A DNA stretch of 64,000 nt from the human T2T-CHM13v2.0 reference genome, Homo sapiens. This document shows, piece after piece, positions 37,499-55,796 of the stretch. The position numbers and the translations under genes were made by a program. The stretch lies in NCBI RefSeq assembly GCF_009914755.1, contig NC_060933.1, one strand, 5' to 3'. The notes beneath the pieces were generated by a model, which saw nothing but the letters and a program-made list of their open reading frames with translations, was not told where the DNA came from and made no database searches. How positions within the stretch are numbered: the first letter of the stretch is position 1; each line of letters starts with the position of its first letter.

Positions 37499-40400
37499 TT
37501 CAAAAACCACACACGGGCGACGCCGCAGGCAGAGTGTACCACAGCCCCGCAGCTGCCACCCCTGCCCTCTGGGAGAGTCCGCTTCCGAGCTCACTTCGAG
37601 GAGGATCTTTCTGGCGACAGAGCCAGTGCTGTGGGCGGGAAGGCCCCACCTGACCACACCTCCTGCTCTGTGGCACCTGTGTCCCCGCCACCCCCCAGCC
37701 CGAGTAAAATCATTTCTCTAGACTCTGCGGCTGGGCCCTGGAAGTCAGGCTCTCCCCGACCTGCCAGGGCAGTGCCTGCTGCGGCGGAGCCTGGACACCA
37801 GGTCTCCTGTCTCCATCCATCTCCACTCAAGGACAGGGGTGCAGGTCCCAGAGCTTTTGTCAGGACTCTGCCAGCTTGCAGAGCCGCTGCGGCCACAGGG
37901 CTCATGGTCCCAGGCCTGCTCCACCACGGCCCTCGGCAGTGGCCCTGATCCCTGGCTGTGGCCCTGGTGCCCGAGGCTCACACCAGGGCAGGAACGTGCT
38001 CTTGGGTGTGGGTGGGGTCCACTCTGACAGGGACCTGGAAGGGCCCTCACAAGTCTGGGATCCAGGCCCTTGTCATTCAGGAGCCCAGGAGGGGTCAGCC
38101 AGGTCCCCAGAGGGGAAGGGGACGTGCCTGGGCTGTGAGGTCCACAGCCTCTGGGTGAAGCAGAGGCCAGCCCAGGATGGGGCTCACAGTTCTCAGGAGC
38201 CCGGGAGGTGGCACTGGGAGGGTGGGCATCCCCGCCCACCCCAGAGAGGCCAAGCACAGGGCAGGAGTGTGGCCACACGGCCCAGGGGGCGCATGGCTGC
38301 TGAGAGGAAGAGCGCAGTTGCCTGGGGGAGGCTGAGCACGATGCAGGGTGGACAGAGACCCCACTGCTGGGCGAGAGCCAGGCTCATGCCCTGCTGGCGC
38401 CAGAGCCTGCCCACAGCCCAGGGGCTGCCTGGGAGGCGCGGGAGGACCACACTTGGGGCCCTACACAGGCTGGGACTCATTCTGAGCCCCTAAGGACAGC
38501 TTGTGGGTGAAGGGAGCCCCTCTTGGGAATGTGGAGAAGAGAGTGGGGCACCTGCTGGCCAAAGAAAGCCCTGGGCCCACCCCCAGTTATGTGGGCAGTG
38601 ACAGTTGGGGACAGGGCACTCAGCCATGCTCCCCGGCGACTGCTGGGTGATGAGCAGCCCAACCGCAGGCCCTGGCCCTGCCAGCCCTGGGCTTAGGCTG
38701 AACCCGTCAAAAAGGCCCTGCCTGGCCTTGGAGAGCCCACCGTGCCCTGCGGGGTATGAGGCTGGCAGACCCTTGAGGACCAAGCCAGGAGACATCCCTG
38801 GCGGAGACTCGATCCCAGGAAAGTGCCGGGGGTGCACTGGCAGGTTCCCCTGCAGGAAGCCAGCTCTTGGGAGCCCAGAATGCAGGCACCACCCCACAGG
38901 GGGCTCCCTCAGACTCCCTCGTGTGCCAAGCCAGTGAGCCCACCTGGGAGTGGGGCAAGGGTGGACCTCACTTAAGTGCAGCTGTTCAAGGGGAGACCGT
39001 CAGGCGGGAAACCAGAGCGAGCTCTGAGAGAACGTCGAAGAGCCACTAACTGCCTCAGACCCCCGCCCCCAGCCCTGCCCAGTCTGCAGCATCCAAACCC
39101 TTGTCCCCCAGAGCCACATGGCTGTGTTCTCTGCCTGGGAGTCAGTCCCCAGCCAGGCACCAGGCATCCTCACCTGGAGGCAGCTGTGCCTTCCAAGCCT
39201 CCACTGGGCACAGAAAGCTGCTTGCAGGTGCCACACCCGACTCCCGGCACTAACCCGAGAGAGAGCCCCTGGGTGGGCGGGGGCACCCCTGGGCACATGC
39301 TGTCTCTGGGCGGTGCTCTCATGGTTAGGAGGCTCGGCCACATCTGCACATGAGGGTTCCTTCTCTCCAGCCTGTGCTGGGCCCAGAACGCCAACAATGC
39401 CCTTCCTCTGGCTGAGGCTGTGCCCAGCGCATGAATGCTCTGCCCACCCCACACCCTGCAAATGGCAGCTCATCCTCCTGCCTTCCCGTGGGACCAAGCA
39501 TGCCTCCAAGGGCAGCGAAGGGCACGGGGGCGAACCCCACAGCTGGGCTGAGGATGACCCAGGCAGGCCCCACCTGCTCCCCGGATGCACTGAGGCCCCC
39601 GATGGTGCTGTCCCCACACCCCCAGCAGGAATGTCCTCTGGGATTCAGGCTCCTGCGGTCTCTGGCTCCCATGCTCCCTGTCCCAGCCCCACCTCCCACC
39701 CGCCTGTTCCAGCGAGTGTTTTCCAAGTGCCTCCACAACCAGCCAGCCCTGAAACGGGACGGAGCAGGGCCCTGACCTCGAGAAGGATGCAGGCTGGTGG
39801 ACCCCCAGCCTCTCCCACATCCAGTACCTCCCGGAGCCCCCCAGTCCCCACCAGCTGACAGTGAGCCCCACCCCTGCCTTCAGACTCCTCACCCGGGGTC
39901 CCACCGCCATGCCAGCTCGCTGTAGTGGCCCAAGTGGCTGGGCCACCTCTCTCTGCACCTGGGGGGAGGAATCCCCTGCTTGTGTGGACGGCGCCTACAG
40001 TCGGCACAGCAATGTCCTGACCCCACGATCTCAGGGGAAGTCACCCCTCCAGCAGCTGAGCCACGCTGTCCTGGAATCTCAGCATGATCCCACTCCACGA
40101 GGAAACGCATGTGTCATCGCCAAGCTCGGCCACCGGAGCAGGAGGGAATGCTGGCCAAGTGAGCCATCTAACTCCCTCCACCTTCCCTGGCACACAGGTG
40201 ACCTGCCTCGGCATCACACCCTGGTCTAGAGCCCTGAGTATGGCCACAGGGCACTGCCCAGGGGTCCTGCTCCACAGGACCCCGGAAGAAGAAAAACGGC
40301 TTAGCAGAAGCTCAAAATGACACAGGTGGCCCTTATCTCAACAGAACAATGTGCACCGGAACATCTGTGTACGACCCAGCGTCCCCGACCCAGCACCCAC

Positions 40401-41501
40401 GCCCCCCAGAGCCAGGCAGCCTGGCCCCATGGGCTGAGAAGCCACTTGGCCCTCAGCAGCTGGAACACAACTGCGCTCAGGGCCAGGCTCGGCCAGCTGC
40501 CTGCCCCTAGTTCATGGGCCACTGTGGCGAAGGCACACATGGACAGCAGCGTTACTGGTCATGGAACTGAAGTCCACGTAAACGAAGAATTTCTAGAGTT
40601 TGCCGGCCATTTCATTTCACCTTGTAAGATACAACCTCAGCCCTAAAATACGCGTGCCAGACACAGGCTGTGTTCACAGGGATGGTGCCTCGCCCATGTG
40701 TGCGCTGATGGCCTGGCCCAGAGAAGCGGCAGGACTGCAACCAGGCCCAGAGCACTCCCCACCTCCCCAGCAGCCGCTGCAGGAGCAGAAACCACATTCA
40801 CCAGGGCAGCTGCGACGTGCTCCAGAACCCATCTACGGACGGCCCGCAGCCCCTGGGAAGGCCTCGGCGGCACGTGGTGTTTACTCACCCAGAACTCCAC
40901 AACTGCATGCAAACCGCGACCAGGTTAAAACGTGGATCCACGCTCACCAGAGGACAGGGCTGGGTGAGAACGCGCATTCCCGACCTCAGGGCCTCTGGGG
41001 ACTGAAAGGCGGGCGCGGCAGAACACGGGGCTAGCGGAGGAGGCGCACCTGGAGAAGCTGCATGTGCAGGACCAGCCAACGGGAGCGAACGCAGCATCTC
41101 CGAGGAAAGGCACTGGCACACACTTCCCTCCTCATGGCCACATCAGGCAGGTGTTGGTGTGGCCCCTCGCCCACCTTGTGGACGCTCAGGCCACAGCAAG
41201 ATGAGCCAGGCAGCCAGCGAACCCATGGAAAGCACAGCTCCACAGCCCGCAGGAGGCGGGCTGAGGACACACCTGTCCAGAGGTTCCTCGGAAGGAATTT
41301 CCCAACTTTGACTCTTAAACTCGCTGAGGAGAACATTCTCTTCCGACTCACAAGTTTGCCAAAAGAGGATGGCGGGCAAGGAGGGCACTGTGGCTGGCTA
41401 GACCCTGCTGACGTGGGGCGGGCCGAGGGCCTGTGGCCTGGCAGCAGGGTAGTAGACAGGCATCTTTTTTTTTTTTGAGACTCCGTCTCAAAAAGAAGTG
41501 A

Positions 41502-41808
<307 letters not shown>

Positions 41809-42389
41809 GAGATTCATTACTTTTGAAAAGCATTTTTAATATTTCTGCCCAAAGAGTTTAAATTAACTTTAGTTTTAAATCTAAACCTCAAAAACAATGA
41901 AAAGACCTAGATGTGTGGAGAGAAACATTTTCCGAAAACATTCTTACTCAGCTACAATGCAAGCAGAGTTCAGAAGGGGAGGGGGCTGGTTCAGAAGAGA
42001 AGTTCAAAACAAACAGCTCGGAACTGACTGCTTCCAGCAACAATAATGAGCAGAGTTCACAAAAAACAAAATAAATTCATTTTCTCATTTTAAGACACCG
42101 GTCATGTTTTTTAAAATGAAAAAAAAGGAGGAAGAGGCCAGAGGTAGGCGGAGGCAGCCGTGCTTGGGCTCAGGACCTGTGTCCCAGGAATACGGGCTCA
42201 GCTCCAGTCCCTTAAACCCAATACAACACGAGGCTTTGCCAACCAAACATGGCCACAAGGCCTCCCACATGCTGCGGTGGCCCCGGTGCCCGCCCCGGGT
42301 CAGAGCAGCCGGCACGGAGCCGCGGGGATGTGGCCTCTCGGGGACGCACGGGTTTCTTGTGCGGCACCAAGAAAAGACGAAGACAGGAA

Positions 42390-42821
42390 ATAGGAAAAGG
42401 GACTTTATTAAAGAAAAGTCATCTGTGAGTGACTAGTTAAATTAGCATGCTTGACATTAACTCTGGGTTGAAACCTACCTCCGTCAAATAACAAGTGGAC
42501 TCTCCAAGCAAATGTCTACACGGCAATTCAAGCAGCAACTCAAGAGCCCAGAGGAGCACTGGAGACGAGGCCATCACTCCACTTCCCAGTGCGACAACCA
42601 CTTTTTTGTAAACACCTGTCAGATGCTAAAAATACGGCCTTACACACTACCGTCACCAAAGTTTATAAGCAATAAGATCAGAGAGCAGGAGCCGCTGCAG
42701 CACCTCTAACAGTCCAGGGCTGAGGCGCTGAAGGTGAGTTTCCAGGTGAGGTCCACTCTGCCCGGTCTCGGGCCGCACCAGGGGGCTGCTGTGGCCTGAT
42801 AGCCGAGTGGAACAACGCCAC
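42390..42821 (-). other. UBAC1: UBAC1 3'UTR (about 430 nt; 3' end approximate)
   Basis: Between the stop codon and the AATAAA signal. Confidence 0.8.
42404..42409 (-). terminator. UBAC1 polyadenylation signal AATAAA
   Basis: TTTATT on the plus strand; followed on the minus strand by a U/GU-rich tract (CTTTTCCTATTTCCTGTCTTCGTCTTTTCTTGGTG). Confidence 0.85.
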
Positions 42822-42937
42822 CTACGTGCGATTTAGTGTCTGGAAGATTCTAGAGATCTGCAGCATGACAGGCCCCGTTTCTGGATCATTCATCCACTGG
42901 GTGCTGTTCAGTGGGTTCTCCAGCATGTCTTCAAATG
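42822..42937 (-). CDS. UBAC1: UBAC1 last coding exon (STI1-like C-terminus) with stop codon
   Basis: GCAG|CA TTT...ACG TAG; (A)[37 protein letters not shown]; TAG at 42824-42822. Confidence 0.95.
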
Positions 42938-43800
42938 CTGCAGGGAAAACAGAGCCAGCCTGAGTGCCCACGCCCCCACTCAGCCCACAGGCACAGGCGT
43001 GACTTTCCTCTTCGGCAGCTTCCTAATGAAGAGGGTGCGTCTCCAATACAAAGGCCACACAGAGCTCACTGCTAAGTGTGCACTCTCAGGCTGAAACCCA
43101 CCCAACTCCATCGGATGCACCCATCAAATCAGATCTGATCACAGAGAGTCATGCACTCAATTCTGGCAGGTGGGCAGTGTGCCTGTGCGTGCTCATGGCA
43201 CCCCCACTCTCGGCAGCTGTCTGGCAGCCGCCAGGGCTCAAAAATCATCTTCCCCAACAACTCCACTTCCAATCCCACCCCGAGAAGGTCAGCAGATGCA
43301 GAAAGGACACACACAGACACTGTTGCAAAGTTAACAACAAACTGGAAAAACGTAATGCTCAGCCTTCAGAAAATTCCTTCTTCAAAAAACCAGCACATTA
43401 AAAATGCAACACAGCACTTCTTCAAAATGAAAACTTGGGTTTTAACAGCTTTACAAAACTGTTTCCCCAAAACAGGTGGCTTTTAGCAAAAAGCTCTCTG
43501 TTCCACCCACTGTGAAGGAGCACGCGTTCTGCCAGCCCCTCTGCCAGGATCGATGGCTCCATGCTGACCTGACACACATGGACGCACTTCAGCATAAGTG
43601 GCCCCAGGTCTACAGGCTCCAGGGACAGTGCTCACTACAGAATTCACAGCCATTCACGGCCCAGTAGCCCATGGCTGAGCACAGAGCTCAGAGTGAACCC
43701 AACTTGGCTCTGTTCATGATTGGACAATCCCCAGGCCTTAAAACAATCCTCTGGTGTTCTGATTAAAAGTCTCCAAAAACCACTTTAAAATCTCAGAAAA

Positions 43801-46980
<3,180 letters not shown>

Positions 46981-47645
46981 TCAGTCACAGAGGCCTGCTT
47001 AAAACATGATTCTACTTACACAAAGGCAGCAGCAAATGAGAGATTGTTTGAGGAGACACAAATACGGCAAAACTCTACCGGGAAGCAGAGAGGTAAGCCG
47101 CGGCCACGGCGACGGCCACACCGGAGGGAGGGATGAGGTGCATAGGGGAGGGGCACCCCAGGCCCAAAGCTGAATAGTAGATACATGGCTATTAGTTTTA
47201 TTCTTCTTTAAAGTTACATCATCATATACACTTTTGTATGTACGTATCTCACAATAAAAATAAACCATTGCCATCGAAGACCCTGATGAGTAGTAAGAGC
47301 AAAAGCCCAAACCACACCTTGTCCTCCCGTGAGTTCCTAAGCTGCTGGCGCAGTCTCCACCCCGCTGGCCCTCGGAAAGCCACTGGCACTGGTTTTCTGA
47401 GGCCTATGTCAGGGTCATCGCGCAGGAGACAGTCACACCACGATCAGAACCTGACCTGCGGGCCCCACAGTGACGTAGCGGGACTACACCCGCAGGATGC
47501 CAACCTGCATGGCAGGACGTGCTGCCAGCGCACGGCGATCCTCAGCGCTGGATCCTCCGTATCGCCTCCGCAGCACCTATTTGTCCTGCAAGGGAACCAG
47601 CCAGCCTCCCCGACCCGAGACTTAGCATAAAGAAGGCGCACATAC

Positions 47646-47784
47646 CTAGCAATGTTTTCGGGTTGGTCAGGCCCAGCTGCACCACCGGGTTATCCAGGAT
47701 GGCCTGAAAGAGAGGACTGTCGGGGTCGATGCCCTTGTCCAGCTCCTCCGGAGAGGGCTTCCGGTCCCCCAGCAGCCACTCGCA
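47646..47784 (-). CDS. UBAC1: UBAC1 coding exon 9
   Basis: GCAG|TGC...CTA G|GTATGT; [46 protein letters not shown]; 139 nt. Confidence 0.95.
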
Positions 47785-48350
47785 CTGCAAAGCCAAGAGC
47801 ACCAATACCACTGTTAGCGCCTTCAGTGCCTCCGCAAGACGCCACCAGCAGCAGGCATGACAGCTCCTGCACCTTTCTGTGAGTTCCTGTTGAGCCCCCA
47901 GGGCTGATCTCCCTGGAAGGGACTCTACCGTGAAGACAAACGCAGTCTGGATTCACTGCCGTGCGTGTCAGACCAGGCCAGAGAAGGAAGAGCTAGTCCG
48001 CTTTTCTCTGCAGACCCTGGTGTCGCAGGGATCACTGACTGCTGCCGCTTCCCCACTTACCTGGGCCAGTGTGGCCCACCCAGGAGTGTTGGGAAGGTGA
48101 TTAACAAATGTACCAAGTGCCCAGCTTGCCTGTGGTCCTGTTATGGGCAGTCAGCAGTGCTGGAGCCATGAGGACACAGGCTCCTCATCTCTGTCTTGGA
48201 GGTGTGAGCCACGAACTCCACTGGCACGGGGGATGGTGGGGGGGGGATGTGGGCCACCACAGGGACCTCCCCAGGCACAGCTCCATCAGCCCAGCTGGCA
48301 CACGGGCACAGGACGGGAATCATTCTTGAGTCAGTTTAATCAGAAAAATG

Positions 48351-48650
48351 GGCTGGGAGTGGTGGCTCATGCATGTAATCCCAGCACTTTGGAAGCCAAA
48401 GCAGGAGGATCGATTGAAGCCAGGAGTTCAAGATCAGCCTGGGCAACAAAGGGAGATCTTGTCTCTAAAAAACTAATTAGCCGGGCATAGTGGTGCATGC
48501 CTGTGGTCCCAGCTACTCAGGAGGCTGAGGCAGGAGGATCGCTTGGGCCCAGGAGGTCGAGGCTGCAGTGAGTGTGATCACACCGCTGCACTCCAGCCTG
48601 GGGGACAGAGTGAGACCCTGACTCCAAAAAAATTAAAAAAAAAAAAAAAT
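48351..48650 (+). mobile_element. AluJ-like
   Basis: Alu consensus with A tail. Confidence 0.88.
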
Positions 48651-48867
48651 GAACAAATTACCCATCCATAAAATATGTACATATAAGGCACCCTTTTAAA
48701 AACCTAGAATTCCATATTTTTAAATTTTTATACTGTTTGAGCCATCTATCCAATTGTCTCACTTTAAAAGCCACATAGCCGGCTGCATGTGAAAGTAGGC
48801 AAACACACGGCCTCCACCACGCCCGGGGCGCTCACGAGTGAGGCTCCCAGCACTCGCCCAGCCTGAC

Positions 48868-49096
48868 ACACTCACTCACCACAGCCCACACTCACAGCCC
48901 ACACTCACTCACCACAGCCCACACTCACTCAGCCCACATTCACTCATCACAGCCCCCACTCACTCACCACAGCCCACACTCACCACAGCCCACACTCACT
49001 CACCACAGCCCACACTCACTCACCACAGCCCACACTTACCACAGCCCACACTCACTCACCACAGCCCACACTCACTCACCACAGCCCAACACTCAC
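48868..49096. repeat. 20-bp minisatellite (ACACTCACTCACCACAGCCC, about 12 units) abutting the UBAC1 exon 8 donor
   Basis: Counted directly; some units shortened to 13-16 nt. Confidence 0.93.
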
Positions 49097-49183
49097 CGCG
49101 GCATTCTGCTGGTTGTTGTTCACTCTGAGGGCATCTATCACCTCTTTCTCGTCGAACCCCATCTCCATCAGGGAAATGACGGC
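49097..49183 (-). CDS. UBAC1: UBAC1 coding exon 8 (second UBA domain, MGF motif)
   Basis: CTAG|GCC...GCG|GTGAGT; [29 protein letters not shown]; 87 nt; not in the supplied ORF track. Confidence 0.95.
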
Positions 49184-49722
49184 CTAGAGGACAGCACAGC
49201 CGTTAGCTCGCTGGGGGCGGCAGGAGGCCGAGGAACCAGTGACCTGCGTGCAGAGGGGCCCGCTCCCCGCACCCTAGCGGAGGGTGCTCCCAACAGCACT
49301 GAGGACGCTGTCCGTCCACGTTCTTTCCTCACAGCTCTGCTAAAACAGATCTTGGTTTTCAGCATCCTAAAGCCGAGGAAGTGCAGGGATGACTGTAGTT
49401 AGCAGAGCCGGGGGGCAGTGCAGCTCCCAGGCTTGTCTTCAGGGAGCCACAGGTTGTGACAGGTAGAAACGCATCGCTTATGTGGACACGAGGCAGTCAG
49501 GCCAACTTCAGACCCTTTCAGGTTTGTCCCGATGACTGTGTGGATAAGACTGTCTCGGCAGCCACCGCAGGTTTACCCCAGAGGGCCTTGTTACCCAAAG
49601 AGAAGTGGCATTAGGGAAAGGCCACGTCAGTAAGTGCAATCTCAACGGAAACAAAAATGCCATTGTAACCTGTGAAAAAAGGTTTTATTCAGATTTTATC
49701 TTAGAAAAAAAAAAAATCCTAG

Positions 49723-52092
<2,370 letters not shown>

Positions 52093-52348
52093 GAGAAACT
52101 TTTACATGCAGAGCTAACCTCACAAGAAAGGGATATCCACAAGTGAGAAACCCAAGAAGGAAGAGACAGAAAGCTAGCCCTGGGAGAGGGTGTGCGCAGG
52201 GGCTGCCCTGGGAGGGCGGGGTCTGATGTCTACACACAGACAGAACGTGCGCCTTGGGCCCATGGGAGGTAGGGAGTGGGAACTGAGACCCTTACTTAAA
52301 ACAGGACCCTGAAAAGATGAGAAAATAGACTAGAAAAGCATTTGTCTC

Positions 52349-53575
52349 AATGGGATCTAACTAAAGAGCTTCTGCACAGCAAAAGAAACTACCCTCAGAG
52401 TGAACAGACAACCTACAGAAGGGAACGTTTTTGCAATCTATTCACCTGACAAAGGTCTAATATCCAGAATCTACATGGAATAAACAAATTTACAAGAAAA
52501 AAACAACCCCATTAAAAAGTGGGCAAAGGACATGATCAGACTCTTCTCAAAAGAAGACAGTTGGCCGGGCGCAGTGTCTCACACCTGTAATCCCAGCACT
52601 TTGGGAGGCCGAGGCGGGCAGATCGCTTGAGGTCAGGAGTTTGAGACGAGCCTGGCCAACATGGTGAAACCCTGTCTCCACTAAAAGTACAAAAATTAGC
52701 TGGGCGTGGTGGGTGTGTGCCTGTAGTCCCAGCTACTCAGGAGGCTGAGGCAGGAAGAATCCAGCCTGGGCGACAGAGCAAGGCTCAACATCACTGATCA
52801 TTAGAGAAATGCAAATCAAAACCACAATGAGATACCATCTCATGCCAATCAGAATGATGATTATTAAAAAGTCAAGAAACAACAGCTGCTGGTGAGGCTG
52901 TGGAGAAATAGGAACGCTTTTACATTGCTGGTGGGAATGTAAATTAGTTCAACCACTGTGGAAGACATGTGGTGATTCCTCAAAGACCTAGAAACAGAAA
53001 TACCATTTGTCCCTGCAATTCCATTACTGGGTATATACCCAAAGGAATAGAAATCATTCTGTTATAAAGATATGTGCACACGTATGTTCACTGCAGCACT
53101 ACTCACAATAGCAAAGACATAGAATCAACTCAAATGCCCACGGATAAGAAAAGAAACCGGATAGACTGAATAAAGAAAATGTGGGATATATACACCATGG
53201 AATACTATGCAGCCATAAAAAGGAACGAGATCACGTCCTTTGCAGGGTCATGGATGAAGCTGGAAGCCACTGTCCTCAGCAAACTAACACAGGAACAAAA
53301 AACCAAGCCCCTCATGTTCTCACTTATAAGTGGGAGCTGAAAAATGAGAACACATGGACACAGTGAGGGGAACATCACACACCGGGGCCCATCAGGGGGT
53401 CTGGGGGAGGGAGAGCATCATGAAAAATAGCTAGTGCATGCTGGGCTTCATACCTAGGTGATGGGCTGACACGTGCAGCAAACCACCATGGCACATGTTT
53501 ACCTATGTAACAAACCTGCACATCCTGCATATGTATCCCAGAACTTAACATTAAATTAAATTTTAAAAGAAACAA
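52349..53575 (+). mobile_element. 5'-truncated primate L1PA-type element with an internal Alu (52562-52785)
   Basis: Canonical L1 3' end (GAGCTTCTGCACAGCAAAAGAAACT ... GCAGCAAACCACCATGGCACATG); 17-bp TSD AGAAAAGCATTTGTCTC at 52332 and 53576. Confidence 0.92.
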
Positions 53576-54452
53576 AGAAAAGCATTTGTCTCCACGGAAC
53601 CCTGTGCAGGGAAGACCTGAGCTGCGAAGCCGGGGGTTACACTGCGGGACATGGTGGGGCAGGGGCCCCACTCATCACCAGCAGAAGCAAACTCAGAATC
53701 ACCCCAGGTGGATGTCTACAGCCTGGCCACATGGAACTCCATGGAAAACACGAGCTCCGCAGGTGAGGCCACAGCACAATGTCACACACCCCAAGGAAAC
53801 GATCAGTGCCACACGAGACGACAGCATGCAGATGGAGCAGATCTGCCATCTGAGCATGTCGGAGACAGACAGAAACCTCCAAGGAGGAAGTAAAACCCGA
53901 ATCAAAGAACAGGAGAGAGAAGGAAGAATGGGGAGATGAGGCGCGGGCGAGGAAGGTCCACACACACAGGCGCAGGGACCCTTCAGCCCTGCAGACTGTG
54001 CCATGGAGGCGGCTGGCAGCCTGAGCGGCCCCTCGCTCATGGACACCCCCGACGGCAAATGACCCTCCCGGTCTCTGGGCAGGGCCCCCACCCCGCAGAG
54101 AGGCTGCCGAACAGGGGGGGCTTGTGGATGAGTGGTCAGAAGGAACTGTAAAATATCAAGTTTTTCAAAAGGTGACGAATGTGGCAACACAGAGGAAACT
54201 GGGGCGCCTGGATTCAAGCCAGGATAACTTACAGGTGTGCTCAGAAACTCGGGCCACGGTCCCCAGGCCCACCGCCCCCAGGCTCGCCATTTCCCAGGCC
54301 CACCTGTAAACCCCTTCCCCAGCTTCTCTCTCTCCTGGGACAGGAGCCAGCTCAGCCCAAGGTCAGCCATGCAGCCCCAGCTTCCTTTCCATGGCGCCAC
54401 CTCAAGGGAAGACACAGCGACTCTGCCTGGCGACAGGTCTAGTAACACATAC

Positions 54453-54675
54453 CCGAGCATCAGCCCGAAACTCCCTTTTCCTCCGGATCTTCTTGAAGAT
54501 TTCCGTCAGCTCATCTCTGGCCTCCTCATCGGTGGCGCTGGCTCCCGCGGCAGCCTCGGAGGCAGCTGCTGTGGCCCCCTCGGCCTCTGGGGGAGCTTGG
54601 CCAGGAAGAGGCGTGTCTATGGTCGGGTCTTCTGCGTGTTCAATTAGCCACTCCATGGCCTGAGGCACCGACATG
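54453..54675 (-). CDS. UBAC1: UBAC1 coding exon 7
   Basis: GCAG|C ATG...CGG|GTATGT; [17 protein letters not shown]...[14 protein letters not shown]; 223 nt. Confidence 0.95.
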
Positions 54676-55313
54676 CTGCAAGGCAAGAGACCCTTTCCAA
54701 CATCCCCAGACTAACGGACCAGGGCCTTCGCCTCCTGTCCATTCCCAAGAAGAGCCTCTGCTATGGTAGTGACTTCTCCAGCATCAGCTGGTGACCCTTA
54801 TAACAAGAACCTGAATGAACACAGGTGCGACGGAAGCTCTGGTCCTTGCCTCAGACTACCTTGAGACCCTGGGCAGAATCAGAAGCCCATGTCTAAGGAG
54901 AGGCAAGCGGACCCAGAGATATCTGCTGAGGGCTTAGATAGGGACCACAGGGGGAACTGCCCCCGGCTGCCCCTGGATCTCGGATTATTCATTTTAGATC
55001 TGAACACAGAAGCAGGGCAAGTAACTCACACGGGAATCCTGAGAAGACTGTTAGAGGCCGTGTCCCTGCTACGAACGGGATTCACCTTGAGTTCTCATAC
55101 AACGGCCCAAAGAGAATTTACACAACGACTGTTCTGTCACATTCACCCCAAAAACACTTTGGAGGCACATATTTAAGGTACCTCTTCAAAACCCCACGTT
55201 AGAAATGATTCAGTCAAAGAGTTTAGGGTAGGAGGACGTCACCCACGGTGGGAGCCCCACAAAACCAGGCCCCAGGTGTCTCCGGCAAGGGAAGGAGGTG
55301 GCCCCCCACGCAC

Positions 55314-55422
55314 TGGTTCAGCTGAAGGGCCTTGGTGGCTCTGTTCTCCGGAAAGCCCATCTCCGTGAGCTGCCGCAGGGCAGCCTCGTCCACACGCTCA
55401 TCCTCGTCCTCGTCCAGCATTG
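55314..55422 (-). CDS. UBAC1: UBAC1 coding exon 6 (first UBA domain, MGF motif)
   Basis: GCAG|CA ATG...AAC CA|GTGCGT; (A)[35 protein letters not shown](H); 109 nt. Confidence 0.95.
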
Positions 55423-55693
55423 CTGCAGGGAGACGACAGGGCCATGAGGGCTCCAGCCTCAGGTTCAGGGGCCTTATCTGAGCACAAACATTTGCAGCAA
55501 TTATCTGTCTGAGCTCCACCTGCCCGCCCTCAGGCATATCAACAGGAGTTGCCGGTGAGGCAGGCCCCAGGCCCTCATCAGCGCTTCCATAAAGCACTGA
55601 GGTTCCGGTCAGTGGTCAGTGCGTGGAGCTGCAGACGCTCCCCAAGGCCGGCAGTGAACCGCCCTGGAATGCAGCATCGGGGTTGACTCATAC

Positions 55694-55796
55694 CATTCGC
55701 CTTCTTAAACAATTCCACCGCATCTGGGTTCAGCGCTAACAGCTTCTGCGCCACCTCGATGAGAGACACCAGTATCTTCCGGAGTTCTGTCTGGAA
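55694..55796 (-). CDS. UBAC1: UBAC1 coding exon 5
   Basis: ACAG|TTC...AAT G|GTATGA; [34 protein letters not shown]; 103 nt. Confidence 0.95.

Noticed and set aside
36422-37948. 200-350 aa His/Thr/Cys/Val-rich ORFs on both strands
   Set aside because: Translations of the CA/TGCA minisatellite, which lacks stop codons
37500-41450. Dense ORFs and a modest CpG cluster near 40.7-41.1 kb
   Set aside because: No homology or splice-consistent structure that I can see; CpG enrichment is too weak to call a promoter
41835-41840. ATTAAA on the minus strand as a distal UBAC1 poly(A) signal
   Set aside because: Lies in an AT-rich patch directly before an Alu with no clear GU-rich downstream element; the AATAAA at 42404 is sufficient
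48838-49128. Repetitive 96-aa plus-strand ORF, and CRISPR-like appearance of the array
   Set aside because: Minisatellite translation; units are contiguous with no unique spacers and the DNA is mammalian
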